A DNA stretch of 64,000 nt from an uncultured Verrucomicrobiae bacterium (GCA_963762565.1 CAVXLD010000003.1:864001-928000), one strand, 5' to 3'. Shown: positions 1 to 10,353, numbered from the stretch's first letter. Notes: generated from the letters alone by a model not told the origin. Numbers and translations: made by a program.

Positions 1-442
1 TGATTTCGCGCATCAGCTTGCCACCGTAGATTTCCCGAATCTGGGCCCGGTCGATCATGACTTGTTGGTCCTTTTTGTCCGCGTCGGCTCCCAAGAGCTT
101 CTGCTCAATCGCATCTACTTTCTCACGGAGTCCGTCGAAGGCGGCCATATTCTTGAATTCTATGAGGATAATGAGATCAAAATCCTCTGGATTAGCCGCT
201 TCTCCCAGCAGAATCTTGTAAGATAGAACGATGCCTGCGGCTTTCTCCTCCGCTATGAGAGGCTTCGAATTCGCTGCCAAGCCCTTCAGATATTGATCCG
301 TCATGCCAGGCTTGGTCTTGATGAAAGCGACACTATAAACGGAACCTTCCGTGTAAGGAGCTTCTCCCCTTGCCATGTAAATTCCTGTACAGCTAAGCAA
401 GAGGACGAGGGTAACAGTTAGTTTTCGAAGAGGTTTTAACAT
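1..442 (-). CDS. Secreted hypothetical protein, 3' end runs off the window
   Basis: Manual translation from ATG at 442: MLKPLRKLTVTLVLLLSCTGIYMARGEAPYTEGSVYSVAFIKTKPGMTDQYLK...; signal-peptide-like start, open to the window edge. Confidence 0.75.
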   Translation of the reverse strand, partial: MLKPLRKLTVTLVLLLSCTGIYMARGEAPYTEGSVYSVAFIKTKPGMTDQYLKGLAANSKPLIAEEKAAGIVLSYKILLGEAANPEDFDLIILIEFKNMAAFDGLREKVDAIEQKLLGADADKKDQQVMIDRAQIREIYGGKLMREI

Positions 443-692
443 TAGACGTTCTTTCGCTTTAATGGGTTTTAACCATTGGTTCTGAACGTTTTACGAAGAA
501 AACCAGCGCCGGTCGATACGTAATTTTACGCATTATGCTCCCCTTTCCTCAGTGAGTCGGTTCATTCCCGAAGGCGAATACGGCTCTAAAGTTCCTCTGC
601 TATTGCTCGGGTGGTTCGGGAGAACCGGAAAACAGCCGCAGGCCGTCGCCTGGAGCGCGTGGTTAGGCCGATGGGCGTTCGGGAGGGGACCC

Positions 693-1079
693 TTATTGGC
701 CGGCTGGTGGTTCCCAAAGCTCCACCTTGTTTCCTTCGGGATCGATCACCCAACCGAATTTGCCGAATTCGGACTCTTCGACCTTCTCGTCAACCTGCAC
801 GCCTTCCGCGCGCAACGCCGCAAGCAGGGCAGGCAAATCGTCCACGCGGTAGTTGATCATGAACGGCGCCGAACTGGGAGCAAAGTGCTCCGTATCTGCT
901 GCGAAGAGGCTCCAGGCGGTTGTTCCCTCACCATCCGGGTTATCTGGCCCTTTCCACTCGAACGCGGCGCCACCCCATTCTTGTACATCAATCCCGAGAT
1001 GCTCCTTGTACCACGCGCCGAGCGCCTTTGGGTCTATGGACTTAAAGAAGATTCCGCCGATACCGGTGACACGTTTCAT
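693..1079 (-). CDS. VOC/glyoxalase family protein
   Basis: MKRVTGIGGIFFK...MINYRVDDL...GKFGWVIDPEGNKVELWEP. Confidence 0.9.
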   Translation of the reverse strand: MKRVTGIGGIFFKSIDPKALGAWYKEHLGIDVQEWGGAAFEWKGPDNPDGEGTTAWSLFAADTEHFAPSSAPFMINYRVDDLPALLAALRAEGVQVDEKVEESEFGKFGWVIDPEGNKVELWEPPAGQ

Positions 1080-1344
1080 GGCTGTTTTTGTGCTGACGAG
1101 GTTGAATAATGAAGTTCTGTGTGGCCTGGCGAGCTCAAGCTCAGCCACTCCTGCCGAAAGCGAGCTGGGCCACGAGTTTAGTGTCGGAAGTCATCTGAAA
1201 GCAAGAAAACGAACAGGGTCACCTTTGTGGCCTTTGTGATCTTTCCGTACTGTGCAAATCCTCTTTTTTCATTTGGTCGCAAAACCGCGACAGGACGCGC
1301 AAAAGCCCGCGAGAGGATCCTTTGGATCATGTTAGATTAGCTTC

Positions 1345-2208
1345 ATGACAACAAAGGTGAGTACACCAGCAAAGACATTTAAGATTGGTGGGGACTTGGA
1401 AGTGAATCGTCTCGGCTTCGGGGCAATGCGAATCACCGGCAACGGGATCTGGGGTGAACCTCACAACCCAGAAGAAGCGAAACGCGTCCTAAAACGGGCG
1501 TTGGAACTGGGAGTCAATTTTATTGATACAGCCGACAGTTACGGTCCGGAAGTCAGCGAACGTCTGATCGGCGAAGCCCTTGCCCCTTTTCCGAAGGGTT
1601 TAGTCATAGCGACTAAAGCAGGTTTAACTCGTCAGGGTCCAGACCAATGGCTACCGGTCGGAAGGCCGGAATACCTTCAACAACAGGTTGAGCTGAGTCT
1701 TCGTCGTCTGAAGACAGACGTCATTGAGCTTTGGCAGCTTCACCGGATTGATCCCAAAGTCCCGGTGGAAGAATCGTTAGGCGTCATCGCCAAACTTCAG
1801 AAAGCAGGTAAAATCCGCCACGTTGGCCTGAGCGAAGTGAAGCCGGCCGAAATCGATCAAGCTCGCAAAGTGCTCGAAATCGTCAGCGTACAAAACCGGT
1901 ACAATGTTGGCGATCGGGAGCATGAAGATGTGCTGGAGTATTGCGAAAAGCATAACCTGGGATTCATACCCTGGTTTCCTGTGGCCGCCGGGAAACTTGC
2001 TCAGCCCAGTGGAACACTCGACACCATCGCAAAACGCCACGGCACGACCGTGGCTCAGTTGTCCATTGCCTGGCTCCTTTATCGCAGTCCCGTAATGCTT
2101 CCCATCCCTGGTACATCCTCCGTTGCTCATCTCGAAGAGAACATGAAATCCGCAGAGATCGTGCTTTCCGACGAGGAGTTGAAAGAAATCGAAGAAGCGG
2201 CTCGCTAA
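1345..2208 (+). CDS. Aldo/keto reductase
   Basis: LGFGAM, FIDTADSYG, ATKAG, QLHR, GLSE, PIPGTSSVAHLEEN motifs. Confidence 0.95.
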   Translation: MTTKVSTPAKTFKIGGDLEVNRLGFGAMRITGNGIWGEPHNPEEAKRVLKRALELGVNFIDTADSYGPEVSERLIGEALAPFPKGLVIATKAGLTRQGPDQWLPVGRPEYLQQQVELSLRRLKTDVIELWQLHRIDPKVPVEESLGVIAKLQKAGKIRHVGLSEVKPAEIDQARKVLEIVSVQNRYNVGDREHEDVLEYCEKHNLGFIPWFPVAAGKLAQPSGTLDTIAKRHGTTVAQLSIAWLLYRSPVMLPIPGTSSVAHLEENMKSAEIVLSDEELKEIEEAAR

Positions 2209-2280
2209 AACAACCGGATCCTCAGACTTGAACAGAGATCCGAGCCAGCGTCTGACAAGGCCCAAATTACAGACCTGTTC

Positions 2281-2307
2281 GCAGCGCGCGGGGACGCGCG
2301 CCCTCCC
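2281..2307. repeat. Solo arm of REPIN-like family J
   Basis: GCAGCGCGCGGGGACGCGCGCCCTCCC is the reverse complement of the left arm at 43772 and 52036. Confidence 0.7.
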
Positions 2308-2322
2308 CACGTCCAATCCCCA

Positions 2323-2685
2323 CTAGCCCCTAACCCCTGCCCTACTGCCTCGATTCGATATCTGCTTTGCCTGTCCGTAGATCGACCGGAACAGAAACGT
2401 GCGTTTGCGGTAGGCGTCAGCCCCTTTGCGCTCGAGAGGTGGCGTCACATCGAAAACGACAAGACTCTCGTCCGGTACACAGAGCTGCATGATCGTATTC
2501 ACGTCCTTCGCTCTAAACGCCGTAATAAACCGATCTTCTAACGCCTTAAGATCGGCGACGTCCTGCGCGCTGGTATGGATGCGTTTCATTTCGATGGGTT
2601 TGGTATCGGCGCGGGTCAGAGACGGATTGATTCCGACCAAGCCGATGGCGAGCAGAATTGGAGCAAGAACCTTCCGTGGGTTCAT
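2323..2685 (-). pseudogene. Truncated secreted SnoaL/NTF2-like protein
   Basis: Signal peptide, then DLKALEDRFITAFRAKDVNTIM...VVFDVTPPLERKGADAYRK; family-like sequence stops about halfway through the domain. Confidence 0.6.
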
Positions 2686-2758
2686 ACTGAGTCTAATAAT
2701 CAACCTTCGCCTCTTAATGCGAATGGTGGTTCCCAAAGGTACCCATTCACGAGCGACT

Positions 2759-2861
2759 GCGGAGCGTGCCACCCTTGCGAGCCTTGGGTGCAGTCGGAAC
2801 CCGTGGAGCGCTTCGCGGGCTCCGACCGCATCGGCCTCGCAAGCGAGGCAGCGCTCCACGG
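2759..2861. repeat. REPIN-like family A element with a degenerate left arm
   Basis: Right arm CGGCCTCGCAAGCGAGGCAGCGCTCCACGG at 2832-2861; partial left arms at about 2761 and 2801. Confidence 0.75.
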
Positions 2862-3043
2862 GCGGCGACCCCTTCGCAGATTCGCCTCTACGCTCGACTC
2901 AACAAGTAATCTGCGTAAATTCTCGCGCTAAAGGATTAAAGCCCAACGCAACGGGAACGTCGAGCTGGCGACCACCGAGCTCCGCCTTGCTTACAAGCTT
3001 GCTCAGGACTCGGGCAGCGAGGAAACTACAAGCGCTTCGAGAA

Positions 3044-3628
3044 ATGAACTGTCCCAACGGTCACCTTAGTACTAGCAACGATTATTGCTCGGTTTGCGGC
3101 GAGAAACTCGACGAACCTATCCCAGGAGTATCGCCCCAATTCGAAACCACGGCTCCAGTGACGCCGGTTGAGTTACCCCCAGACACTCCGCTCGCGACGG
3201 AACCAAATCCTCCAGATCCTTCCTTCGGTGAGTCGACTGGAGCCGCCTGGCGGGTCGAGTGCCGCATTTTCAAAGAAGCCGGTCCGGAAGCCAGTACCCC
3301 TGGCGCTCCTTACGAAAGTTCGACCGAGATAACCCTAAAAACCCAAGTGACCCAAATCGGTCGCTCCAGCCAGAAACGGAATCTTCATCCCGAGATCGCC
3401 TGCGATTGGGATGATGCGGTTTCCCATCGCCACGCCAAGATCGAACTGGATGCCGACGGTAACGCCTTTCTCATGGATGTCGGTTCTAGCAACGGCACAA
3501 TGCTAAACGGTCAACTCATCTCAGCTAATGCCCCAGTTCAACTCAAAGATGGCGACCGCATTTCCATCGGAGGCAGGACGGCGCTGATTGTGCGTGCGCC
3601 AGAAAAAGAAAATCCGCAGATTACATAG
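3044..3628 (+). CDS. Zinc-ribbon plus FHA domain protein
   Basis: MNCPNGH...DYCSVCG, Pro-rich linker, then FHA motifs IGR, VSHRHA, DVGSSNGT, LKDGDRISIG. Confidence 0.88.
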   Translation: MNCPNGHLSTSNDYCSVCGEKLDEPIPGVSPQFETTAPVTPVELPPDTPLATEPNPPDPSFGESTGAAWRVECRIFKEAGPEASTPGAPYESSTEITLKTQVTQIGRSSQKRNLHPEIACDWDDAVSHRHAKIELDADGNAFLMDVGSSNGTMLNGQLISANAPVQLKDGDRISIGGRTALIVRAPEKENPQIT

Positions 3629-3633
3629 ATTAC

Positions 3634-4005
3634 GTGATCCGCCGGGTACGAGCCGCGGCCGCTCAACATGAGCTCTCTTTGACGGAGTACGCTGTGCTAG
3701 CACGGCTAGCCAAAGATGGGCCTGCCACCACGGCGGAGCTGGCCCGCGCAGAAAGTGTGCGACCGCAATCCATGGGCGCCACCATCGTGGCATTGGAAGA
3801 ATTGGCTTTGGTACAACGGAGACCACACCCGACCGACGGCCGCCAGGTAAACATTGAACTGACGGCTAAGGGTGTTGCCGTGCGCAACAGCAGGAAAGTT
3901 GCGAAACAAACCTGGCTCGCTCAAGCCATCGCTCAGCTCGAAGTAGAAGACCAGGAGACCCTATTTAAAGCCGGAGAAATTATCAAACGCCTGGCGCACT
4001 CCTGA
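3634..4005 (+). CDS. MarR family regulator, probably missing its first helix
   Basis: AVLARLAKDGPATTAELARAE...LVQRRPHPTDGRQ; begins abruptly right after a repeat arm at 3612-3633. Confidence 0.8.
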   Translation: MIRRVRAAAAQHELSLTEYAVLARLAKDGPATTAELARAESVRPQSMGATIVALEELALVQRRPHPTDGRQVNIELTAKGVAVRNSRKVAKQTWLAQAIAQLEVEDQETLFKAGEIIKRLAHS

Positions 4006-4042
4006 ACCAGACAATGACACAGATCCACAGTTCAAAATCACT

Positions 4043-4307
4043 ATGAATTGGTTTAACTACATTGCCGCTTTCTTTGCCGGAATCTTTTTCACCAACTTTG
4101 TTCCCCATTTTGTGCGCGGCATATCGGGTGATCGCTTCCCGACCCCATTTGCGAATCCACCGGGAAAAGGCCTGTCATCTCCGATACGAAATGTGGTCTG
4201 GGCGCTGTCTAATTTACTCGTTGGCTATATTCTCTGTCGGCTAGGAAGAGTCGGATACGGCGGCGACTCAGCCCTCATTGCATTCTTTGCGGGTATCGCC
4301 TTGATCA
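4043..4307 (+). pseudogene. Small membrane protein, apparently 3'-truncated and joined to an MFS fragment
   Basis: MNWFNYIAAFFAG...GDRFPTPFANPPGKGLSS...; the frame turns non-protein-like after about codon 89. Confidence 0.55.
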
Positions 4308-4583
4308 GCAGTCGGTATAGTAATGGCGTTCCAGTTTGGACCGCAGATCCTTTTGATGCCGGTTACCGGGTTTGCGGCCGACCATCTGAACCGGCAACGC
4401 CTGTTGCTTGCGACTCAAGCTGCCATGCGTGCTTTGGCCCTCGGACTTGGTCTCCTGACGGTCACCGGCATGGTCCAATTGTGGGAGGTGTACGTTTTCG
4501 CCTTACTACACGGATGCGTTGCCGCGTTCGATGCACCGGCTCGCCAGACCTTTATAACGGCGTCGGTATCTATTACCTGGTAA
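4308..4583 (+). pseudogene. Internal fragment of an MFS transporter
   Basis: AVGIVMAFQFGPQILL...GFAADHLNRQRLL...GCVAAFDAPARQTF; only about 85 aa, in a different frame from the upstream ORF. Confidence 0.75.
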
Positions 4584-4675
4584 GGTATCAGTCCGGTAGC
4601 AGCAAAAACGAACTGTCTTGGCACTCTGGGCAGACAAATATTCAATGAAGCAGTCAGAACCACTCACCTGTTGAC

Positions 4676-4700
4676 TCAGATTATCAGTCTGATAATCTGA
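4676..4700. promoter_or_regulatory. Probable toxin-antitoxin autoregulatory operator
   Basis: Perfect palindrome TCAGATTATCAG-T-CTGATAATCTGA ending 8 bp before the antitoxin ATG. Confidence 0.7.
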
Positions 4701-4708
4701 TTAGAAAC

Positions 4709-4954
4709 ATGGAAACGACGCTCACCACATTTCAGCGGGAATTTGCCAAAGCCCGCAAAGCGGCCGATCGAGGAGAGACAGTGTCGATCAAGGCGGATGA
4801 TAATTCCGAATACATCTTCTTTAAACGCGCCAAGACTCCTGCACACCCATTCGAAGATCTGGAGAATCTCTTTGGTTTAGTATCCCTAAATTCAAAATTA
4901 AGATCGCCACGTGAGAAAATCCGTCGACGCCTCCGCAAGAACGTTGCTGTTTGA
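4709..4954 (+). CDS. Antitoxin, Phd/YefM-like
   Basis: 81 aa, TLTTFQREFAKARKAADRGETVSI; overlaps the PIN toxin gene. Confidence 0.75.
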   Translation: METTLTTFQREFAKARKAADRGETVSIKADDNSEYIFFKRAKTPAHPFEDLENLFGLVSLNSKLRSPREKIRRRLRKNVAV

Positions 4955-5339
4955 TGCGGGGCCGCTTGTCGCAGCTATCGATCGCTCTGACGAACATCAC
5001 GGCTGGGCAAAGCGCATTCTCCCGAAATTGACAGGTAGGGCAATTACTTGCGAGCCTTGTGTCACTGAGGCTTTGCACCTCTTAGAAAATGCTCCGCGCG
5101 CCATTGCAGCACTACGCGGATTTCTAGAGCGGATAGAAATCGTCCCGGTCTTGCCCACGGAATTCACAGACGTCTTCGACCAACTCGAGACTTTCGCGCC
5201 AGCCATGGATCTTGCCGACGGATGTTTGGTGAATCTCCAGCGACGTATTCCCACTTCGATCGTCGTGACAACAGATCATCGCGATTTCGCGACTTACCGG
5301 GTGCCATTCCTGTCTCCGATGGGACTATTCACGGATTAA
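4911..5339 (+). CDS. PIN-domain (VapC-like) toxin; start may be TTG at 4944
   Basis: LFDAGPL, CEPCVTEA, MDLADGCLV, TTDHRDF acidic PIN motifs. Confidence 0.88.
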   Translation: MRKSVDASARTLLFDAGPLVAAIDRSDEHHGWAKRILPKLTGRAITCEPCVTEALHLLENAPRAIAALRGFLERIEIVPVLPTEFTDVFDQLETFAPAMDLADGCLVNLQRRIPTSIVVTTDHRDFATYRVPFLSPMGLFTD

Positions 5340-5348
5340 CGAGCGCGC

Positions 5349-6132
5349 TCATTTAAAAGTCGAAGGCAAAACCGCCTGCGTGGTATTTAGCATAAACCGC
5401 GCTCCCCCGCCGTCTTCCGTGTATGTGGTGCTATTAGGAGGGTAGGTATAGAAGCCAGTCGCGCCGGTGACAAAGCTGCCGGACGTCACCGTTACAAATC
5501 CATACGGATCAGCCGTAATGGCAGACACATTGAGCGGCGGAGAGAAGCCCGGCGTCTGAGTGATTGCAAACCCCTTTTTCGCCACCAAAACTGCGTAAGC
5601 CGTCCTGTTCGTACCGACAAAAAGGTAGTCGCTGTTAGCCGCCATGAAAGTCAGCGCGTTGATTCCACCCTTCAACGGCAAAGTGATCGTGTCCTTCAGT
5701 AGGACGGTGACGTTATCGTTGGTCGAAGAGATCACATCGGTCTTCTTATAGACATAAAGATCAACGCCAGCTGAATTGTTACCACTAGCAACATCCACTA
5801 CATAAAATTGCGCGAGTGACAGTGCTGGTCGTATCGTCGTAGGGTGGACTTCCTTCCAGTAAGGCCCCCACTTTGCCAAAGGGTCCCATGGTGCCGTCGC
5901 CATAACAGCCATCGCTTTCCGTGGTCGACCCGCAAACCAACCAATAAACCGAGGTGTTATTAGAACCCAAGGTATAGGTCGTAAACAGTGTACTGTCGAT
6001 GGGACTACCTTGCGTAGATGTCGCAAAGCACGCTAATGCTAGCCCGGGAAGAAAATAACGCCGCCATTGCGAAAGCGACGAGCGATTTTTTTCTACCGAG
6101 GCAATTAGTTTGAGTGGGATTGGCCGATACAT
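5349..6132 (-). pseudogene. Secreted hypothetical protein split by one frameshift near 5806
   Basis: ORF 6132-5785 (signal peptide ...TVTRAI) continues as YVVDVASG... in ORF 6026-5349 if one T is removed from ATTTTAT. Confidence 0.7.
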
Positions 6133-6444
6133 TTCGCCTCTTTTTCTGACTTATGACCGACGCGAGACTTTCGAGAATTGTGGTTCTAGTCAATTCAAAA
6201 TTTGTTGAAGCCACTTAATATCCTACAAAAGAAGAACTTACAGATTAACTTAGGTCTAACGGCTGTCATCGAGAACGATTTTTTGAAATCGCCTATCAGC
6301 AGTACTGCGCCACCCCCACTGAAAAGCGACGCAAAAAGACTGAAGAGGCGATTGCAAACTGTGACCGTGCGATAAGTCTGGATCCGAGGGACGGCAACGG
6401 CCGACAGCAAACCGCTAACTGCGAACTGCTAACTGTTAACCCGA

Positions 6445-7503
6445 CTACCCTCCCGTGATCTTAACGATTGCCACGGTCCAGTTGTACATTTGGTTGATGT
6501 AAGCGAATTTTCCGTTAGGCGAGATAGCGATAGTCCCAGGCGTCTGGCCAAGCGTGATTGGGCTCCCCACGATCGTATCGGTCGCGGTACTGATCATCAC
6601 GACGGTTTGAGCGTTCTGATTCGGAACATAGAGATAGAGACCATCCGGAGTCATCGCGCTGCCGAACCAGTAATTGCCGTATTCGCTCGTGGTGATCGCT
6701 ATCGTCGTTGTCACCGTGTTGGTCGCAGTGTCGATCACTGATACCGATCCGCTAAACCCGGAAACATACGCTTTTGTACCATCGGGAGTGATGGCGATGT
6801 GGGTCGGATATTCCGCCACCGGGACCGGATTCCCTACGATTAGTTGTGTAGCGACATTGATCTCGTCGACCGTGTTATCGTAATAGTTCACCACGTAGGC
6901 GTTCTTTCCGTCCGCCGTAAACTTGATACAGACTGGACCGTCGCCTGTTTGGATTGGATACGGTGATACCGTGTTTTTCAGGAGATTGATGACGCTGCAG
7001 TCGCCTTCGAATTGGTTGCCCACCCATGCTTGCGTACCAGTAGGATTAATTCCTACACAGTTGGCGTATACCCCCATCCCGGCGATGACTTGTTTCAGGC
7101 TGGGAGTAGTGGATTGGGCGCCGGTAATCACAGAGACTGTTCCGGGCACTCCCCAAATTCCGCCGTTATACCCGTCCACCGGGTTAGCCACCAGAACCTC
7201 CCCTCCTTTCGGTGTGATCGCGAGGAATTGCGCGTTGCCACCGAGCGCGATCGTATTGCTTTCTACCGTTTGGGTGCTTATATCGATCCGGTAGAGCGCG
7301 TCGTAGTTGTTAGAGACGACGTAGACGTATTTATTGTCCGGGGTTACAACCACACCGCTGGGTAGCGGCACCTCTACCGTTTTAAGAATGGTATTGGTAG
7401 GTTGTGCGTGCACAGAATTTGTTACGGCTGCCAGGCATCCGGCGGCCGCCAGGGGCAAAACCCAGCGCAGCAGACTGCGCTGTCGACCATCTTGAGTCTT
7501 CAT
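6445..7503 (-). CDS. Secreted YVTN/YncE-type beta-propeller protein
   Basis: Signal peptide; repeated TPDG-x-x-AYV...VSVIDTATNTV blades. Confidence 0.9.
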   Translation of the reverse strand: MKTQDGRQRSLLRWVLPLAAAGCLAAVTNSVHAQPTNTILKTVEVPLPSGVVVTPDNKYVYVVSNNYDALYRIDISTQTVESNTIALGGNAQFLAITPKGGEVLVANPVDGYNGGIWGVPGTVSVITGAQSTTPSLKQVIAGMGVYANCVGINPTGTQAWVGNQFEGDCSVINLLKNTVSPYPIQTGDGPVCIKFTADGKNAYVVNYYDNTVDEINVATQLIVGNPVPVAEYPTHIAITPDGTKAYVSGFSGSVSVIDTATNTVTTTIAITTSEYGNYWFGSAMTPDGLYLYVPNQNAQTVVMISTATDTIVGSPITLGQTPGTIAISPNGKFAYINQMYNWTVAIVKITGG

Positions 7504-7712
7504 GGAAAGAATAATGGGACCACCACGGAATGATTAGATTCTTTGGCTATCTCTCAGAGATGTAGAAAACCGCCGGGTGTACTTGAATAAGTTCAACTTA
7601 GCGGTGGCGTTCCGGCCCGGCGTTGTGATTCCTGTCCGACAAATCGAACTCCGCACCACCTCTTGCAGCTCAGCCCAACGATCTTGAACGGACAGAGAGG
7701 AAACGAAACCAA

Positions 7713-7801
7713 CACTCCGCTACTCCATCACTCCGCTACTCCATTACTCCACCGCTCATCCCTACTCGAACTCCTGCAACTCCTTGAACTTCTTGAGCTC
7801 C
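7713..7801. repeat. Short tandem tracts of the CACTCC and AACTCC(TGC/TTG) types
   Basis: CACTCCGCTACTCCATCACTCCGCTACTCCATTACTCC and GAACTCCTGCAACTCCTTGAACT; the latter recurs at 23532, 25397, 38826, 43950 and 57497. Confidence 0.7.
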
Positions 7802-7807
7802 TTCCCG

Positions 7808-8131
7808 TCACATCCCGTAAAGTTTCGTCAGAATCGCTTGTAGCTGGACTACGCGAGGTGCGGATAACTTTTGGATGAACGCCCCGAACCTCGCAAGGCT
7901 GACAGCCCTAATCTGATCCGCCATTACTTCAGCTGGTTTGTCGGCACAGACCACCTGCAGGCGGTGAGCCCAGTGAGGGTGCAACTTGCTGGTTAACGGG
8001 CAGACCACGGCCATCGCGGTCTGGTGCATGGCATCCGGACTTACGACGACACAGGGTCGCGTCTTCTGCTGTTCTCGTCCCAAGGTTGGGTCTAATGAAA
8101 CCCAGTAAATTCCATACCGGATAATCCTCAC
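7808..8131 (-). CDS. PemK/MazF family toxin
   Basis: IYWVSLDPTLGREQQKTRPCVVVS...VCPLTS...DQIRAVS; GTG start at 8131 assumed. Confidence 0.9.
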   Translation of the reverse strand: MRIIRYGIYWVSLDPTLGREQQKTRPCVVVSPDAMHQTAMAVVCPLTSKLHPHWAHRLQVVCADKPAEVMADQIRAVSLARFGAFIQKLSAPRVVQLQAILTKLYGM

Positions 8132-8180
8132 GAGAATCCGCCTCCGCAAAGCCTACGGCGCAGCGCGTTCATCGGCCAGA

Positions 8181-8486
8181 TCACGGCCTCGCTGTTTTCC
8201 TCGAACGCCGCGAGACTCCCGCCGACAGGTCGTCATCTTCAAGCCCGTCTGCCAAAGTACCTTGGAGTGATTCGGCTTCGGCTATCGCGTCCGGGTCACT
8301 AGCCATCTCCCGAAAGCTTTCCTCCAGGCTCAGTTTCTCGGACCTGATCGGGCGCAACAAGAGTCCTTCGGCGGTTTCTACCAATTGAACTTCATCCTTG
8401 ATTCCGTAGCGCTTAATGATGCTGCTGGGGATGCGGATACCCCTGGAATTGCCAATCGCTACCATCTTGAGAATCTCGGACGCCAT
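8181..8486 (-). CDS. AbrB/MazE family antitoxin
   Basis: IGNSRGIRIP motif, upstream of the PemK toxin. Confidence 0.9.
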   Translation of the reverse strand: MASEILKMVAIGNSRGIRIPSSIIKRYGIKDEVQLVETAEGLLLRPIRSEKLSLEESFREMASDPDAIAEAESLQGTLADGLEDDDLSAGVSRRSRKTARP

Positions 8487-8664
8487 GTAGGTACCGTAAT
8501 TACGCTGGGTGGAATTGCAAGCCTCTCGATTATCACCACTCCCTCAATCCATCAAGAAAGCCGAACCGCAGGGCGACCTAAGGGCAAGAGGGCACAGTCT
8601 GCTCGTGTAATCCATTGTCCAGAACCGCCCCTCCCGTTCGTCGTGTTTGTAAATCAATTAAGCC

Positions 8665-9348
8665 ATGAAAACCACTGCTCTCCCACCAATCGTGTCCGCA
8701 GAAGAATGGGCTGTTGCCCGGGAAAGACTGCTCGTTAAAGAAAAAGCCGCGACCCGAGCCCACGACGCGCTGGCGGCCGAACGCCGGCGTTTACCGATGG
8801 TCCTGATCGATAAACAATATTTTTTCGAAGGTCCGAACGGGAGAACGAGCCTGGTTGATCTTTTTGACGGGAAACAGCAACTCCTCCTGTATCATTTCAT
8901 GTTTGCTCCCGGGGTCCATGGGTGGCCTGATGCCGGTTGCCCCGGTTGTTCAATGTTTGTCGATCAGGTCGGACACCAAGCGCATTTTCACGCCAGAAAT
9001 GTCAATTTTGTTCTGGTGTCGCACGCACCGCTCCCTCAGCTCCAAGCTTATCAGAAGCGAATGGGGTGGACCCTCCCTTGGTTCTCCTCTTACGGCAGCG
9101 ATTTTAATCGCGATTTCGCTGTCACCACCCCTGAAGGCGAAGGATTCGGCCTCAGTATCTTCCTCAGAGATGAGGAGAACGTCTATCGCACTTATTTTAT
9201 TGACGGGCGTGGCGTTGATGCGCTGGGGAGTGTTTGGAGTTTCCTCGATCTAACCCCCTACGGCCGGCAAGAAACCTGGGAAAATTCCCCAGCCGGCTGG
9301 CCGCAAACTCCGCCCTACACCTGGTGGCGCCGGCACGATGAATACTAA
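8665..9348 (+). CDS. DUF899 thioredoxin-like protein
   Basis: ALAAERRRLPMV, GCPGCS, LDLTPYGRQETWE, WWRRHDEY. Confidence 0.92.
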   Translation: MKTTALPPIVSAEEWAVARERLLVKEKAATRAHDALAAERRRLPMVLIDKQYFFEGPNGRTSLVDLFDGKQQLLLYHFMFAPGVHGWPDAGCPGCSMFVDQVGHQAHFHARNVNFVLVSHAPLPQLQAYQKRMGWTLPWFSSYGSDFNRDFAVTTPEGEGFGLSIFLRDEENVYRTYFIDGRGVDALGSVWSFLDLTPYGRQETWENSPAGWPQTPPYTWWRRHDEY

Positions 9349-9481
9349 CCGCGAATGGACGCGAATTGATTCGAAGAAAGACCTCAACCGCAGCCCCGGA
9401 GAATTTCGGGGCTGCGGTTGAGGTCTTTCTTCGAGTCTTTCGTGTCCATTCGCGGTTTTAGTTTCGCGTCCATTCGCGGTT
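9347..9481. repeat. Nested palindromic element filling the gap between convergent genes
   Basis: Outer AACCGCGAATGGACGCGAA / TTCGCGTCCATTCGCGGTT; inner perfect 28-bp stem 9371-9398 / 9407-9434. Confidence 0.9.
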
Positions 9482-9846
9482 CAGATCCAGACATCGTTCT
9501 GCGCGGTGCGATCGCCGCCGGTGTCGCCGGTGTTAAGGACGCCGCGTGGCTCGATTAGCATGAGCCTTACCTCTTTTGCTGCGTAGGGCTTATGCTCGAC
9601 TCCTTTCGGAACCACGAACAGTTCTCCGGCCCCGATCTGCACTGCGCCGTCCCGGAAATCGATCCGTAAATCGCCCTCCAGCACCAGGAATGTCTCGTCA
9701 GTTTCTTTATGTGAATGCCAGATGAACTCCCCTTCCAGCTTCACAACTTTGAACTGATAGTCGTTCATCTCGGCGATGACTCTGGGCGCCCATTGCTCCG
9801 TCAAAAGCCCAAGTTTTTGCCGAAGATTGATCGATTGATATTTCAT
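9481..9846 (-). CDS. Cupin domain protein
   Basis: FIWHSHKETDETFLVLEG...VVPKGVEHKP. Confidence 0.92.
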   Translation of the reverse strand: MKYQSINLRQKLGLLTEQWAPRVIAEMNDYQFKVVKLEGEFIWHSHKETDETFLVLEGDLRIDFRDGAVQIGAGELFVVPKGVEHKPYAAKEVRLMLIEPRGVLNTGDTGGDRTAQNDVWI

Positions 9847-10008
9847 CGGTTAAAGAAATTGCACCACAAAGTACGAGGCCGGCCAGCGAATGCATCCGCT
9901 TTCGCCAATCCAAAAGCAAACCACCCAACACGCCGAACAGCTTCCTCGGCCAAGCTGCGAATGAGACGTCGAAGCAACACAGATCGAGAGGAACAAAAAC
10001 GTAATCTG

Positions 10009-10198
10009 AACCGCAGATTAACGGAGAAAGACATTAATTATCCGCAGATTTCGCGTTGGGCTTCGGTCGCGCACCGGACCAAGAGTAGCACCCGGACCTG
10101 GAAACGATTTTTCTCTCCTGGTCAGCCTCAACCTGAAAACGAAATCTGCGTAATCTGCGTAATCTGCGGATAAATAAAATCTGTGTTCATCTGCGGTT
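10009..10198. repeat. CGCAGA-unit inverted-repeat element (family D)
   Basis: AACCGCAGAT...ATCCGCAGATT left; AATCTGCGTAATCTGCGTAATCTGCGGAT...ATCTGCGGTT right. Confidence 0.85.
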
Positions 10199-10245
10199 GA
10201 GGGTCCCTATCCGCGGGTAACAGTCTTTCTTCGTGTCCATTCGTA

Positions 10246-10276
10246 GCCCGTCGCGCCGTAGGCTCGGCGAAGGCGG
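10246..10276 (-). mobile_element. 31-bp micro-element inside a CGAATGGA-type arm
   Basis: Reverse complement CCGCCTTCGCCGAGCCTACGGCGCGACGGGC, flanked by A/A. Confidence 0.7.
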
Positions 10277-10353
10277 ATCCACTCGTGGCCAGGATTGATT
10301 GATCCGTATTCCATCGGATAGGATCGCCCGCCTTAAACACAGATCGATCCTTT

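Noticed and set aside
2426..3043. N-terminal half of the 400-aa ORF
   Set aside because: It is antisense to the SnoaL-like gene and crosses a repeat; the credible protein starts at ATG 3044.
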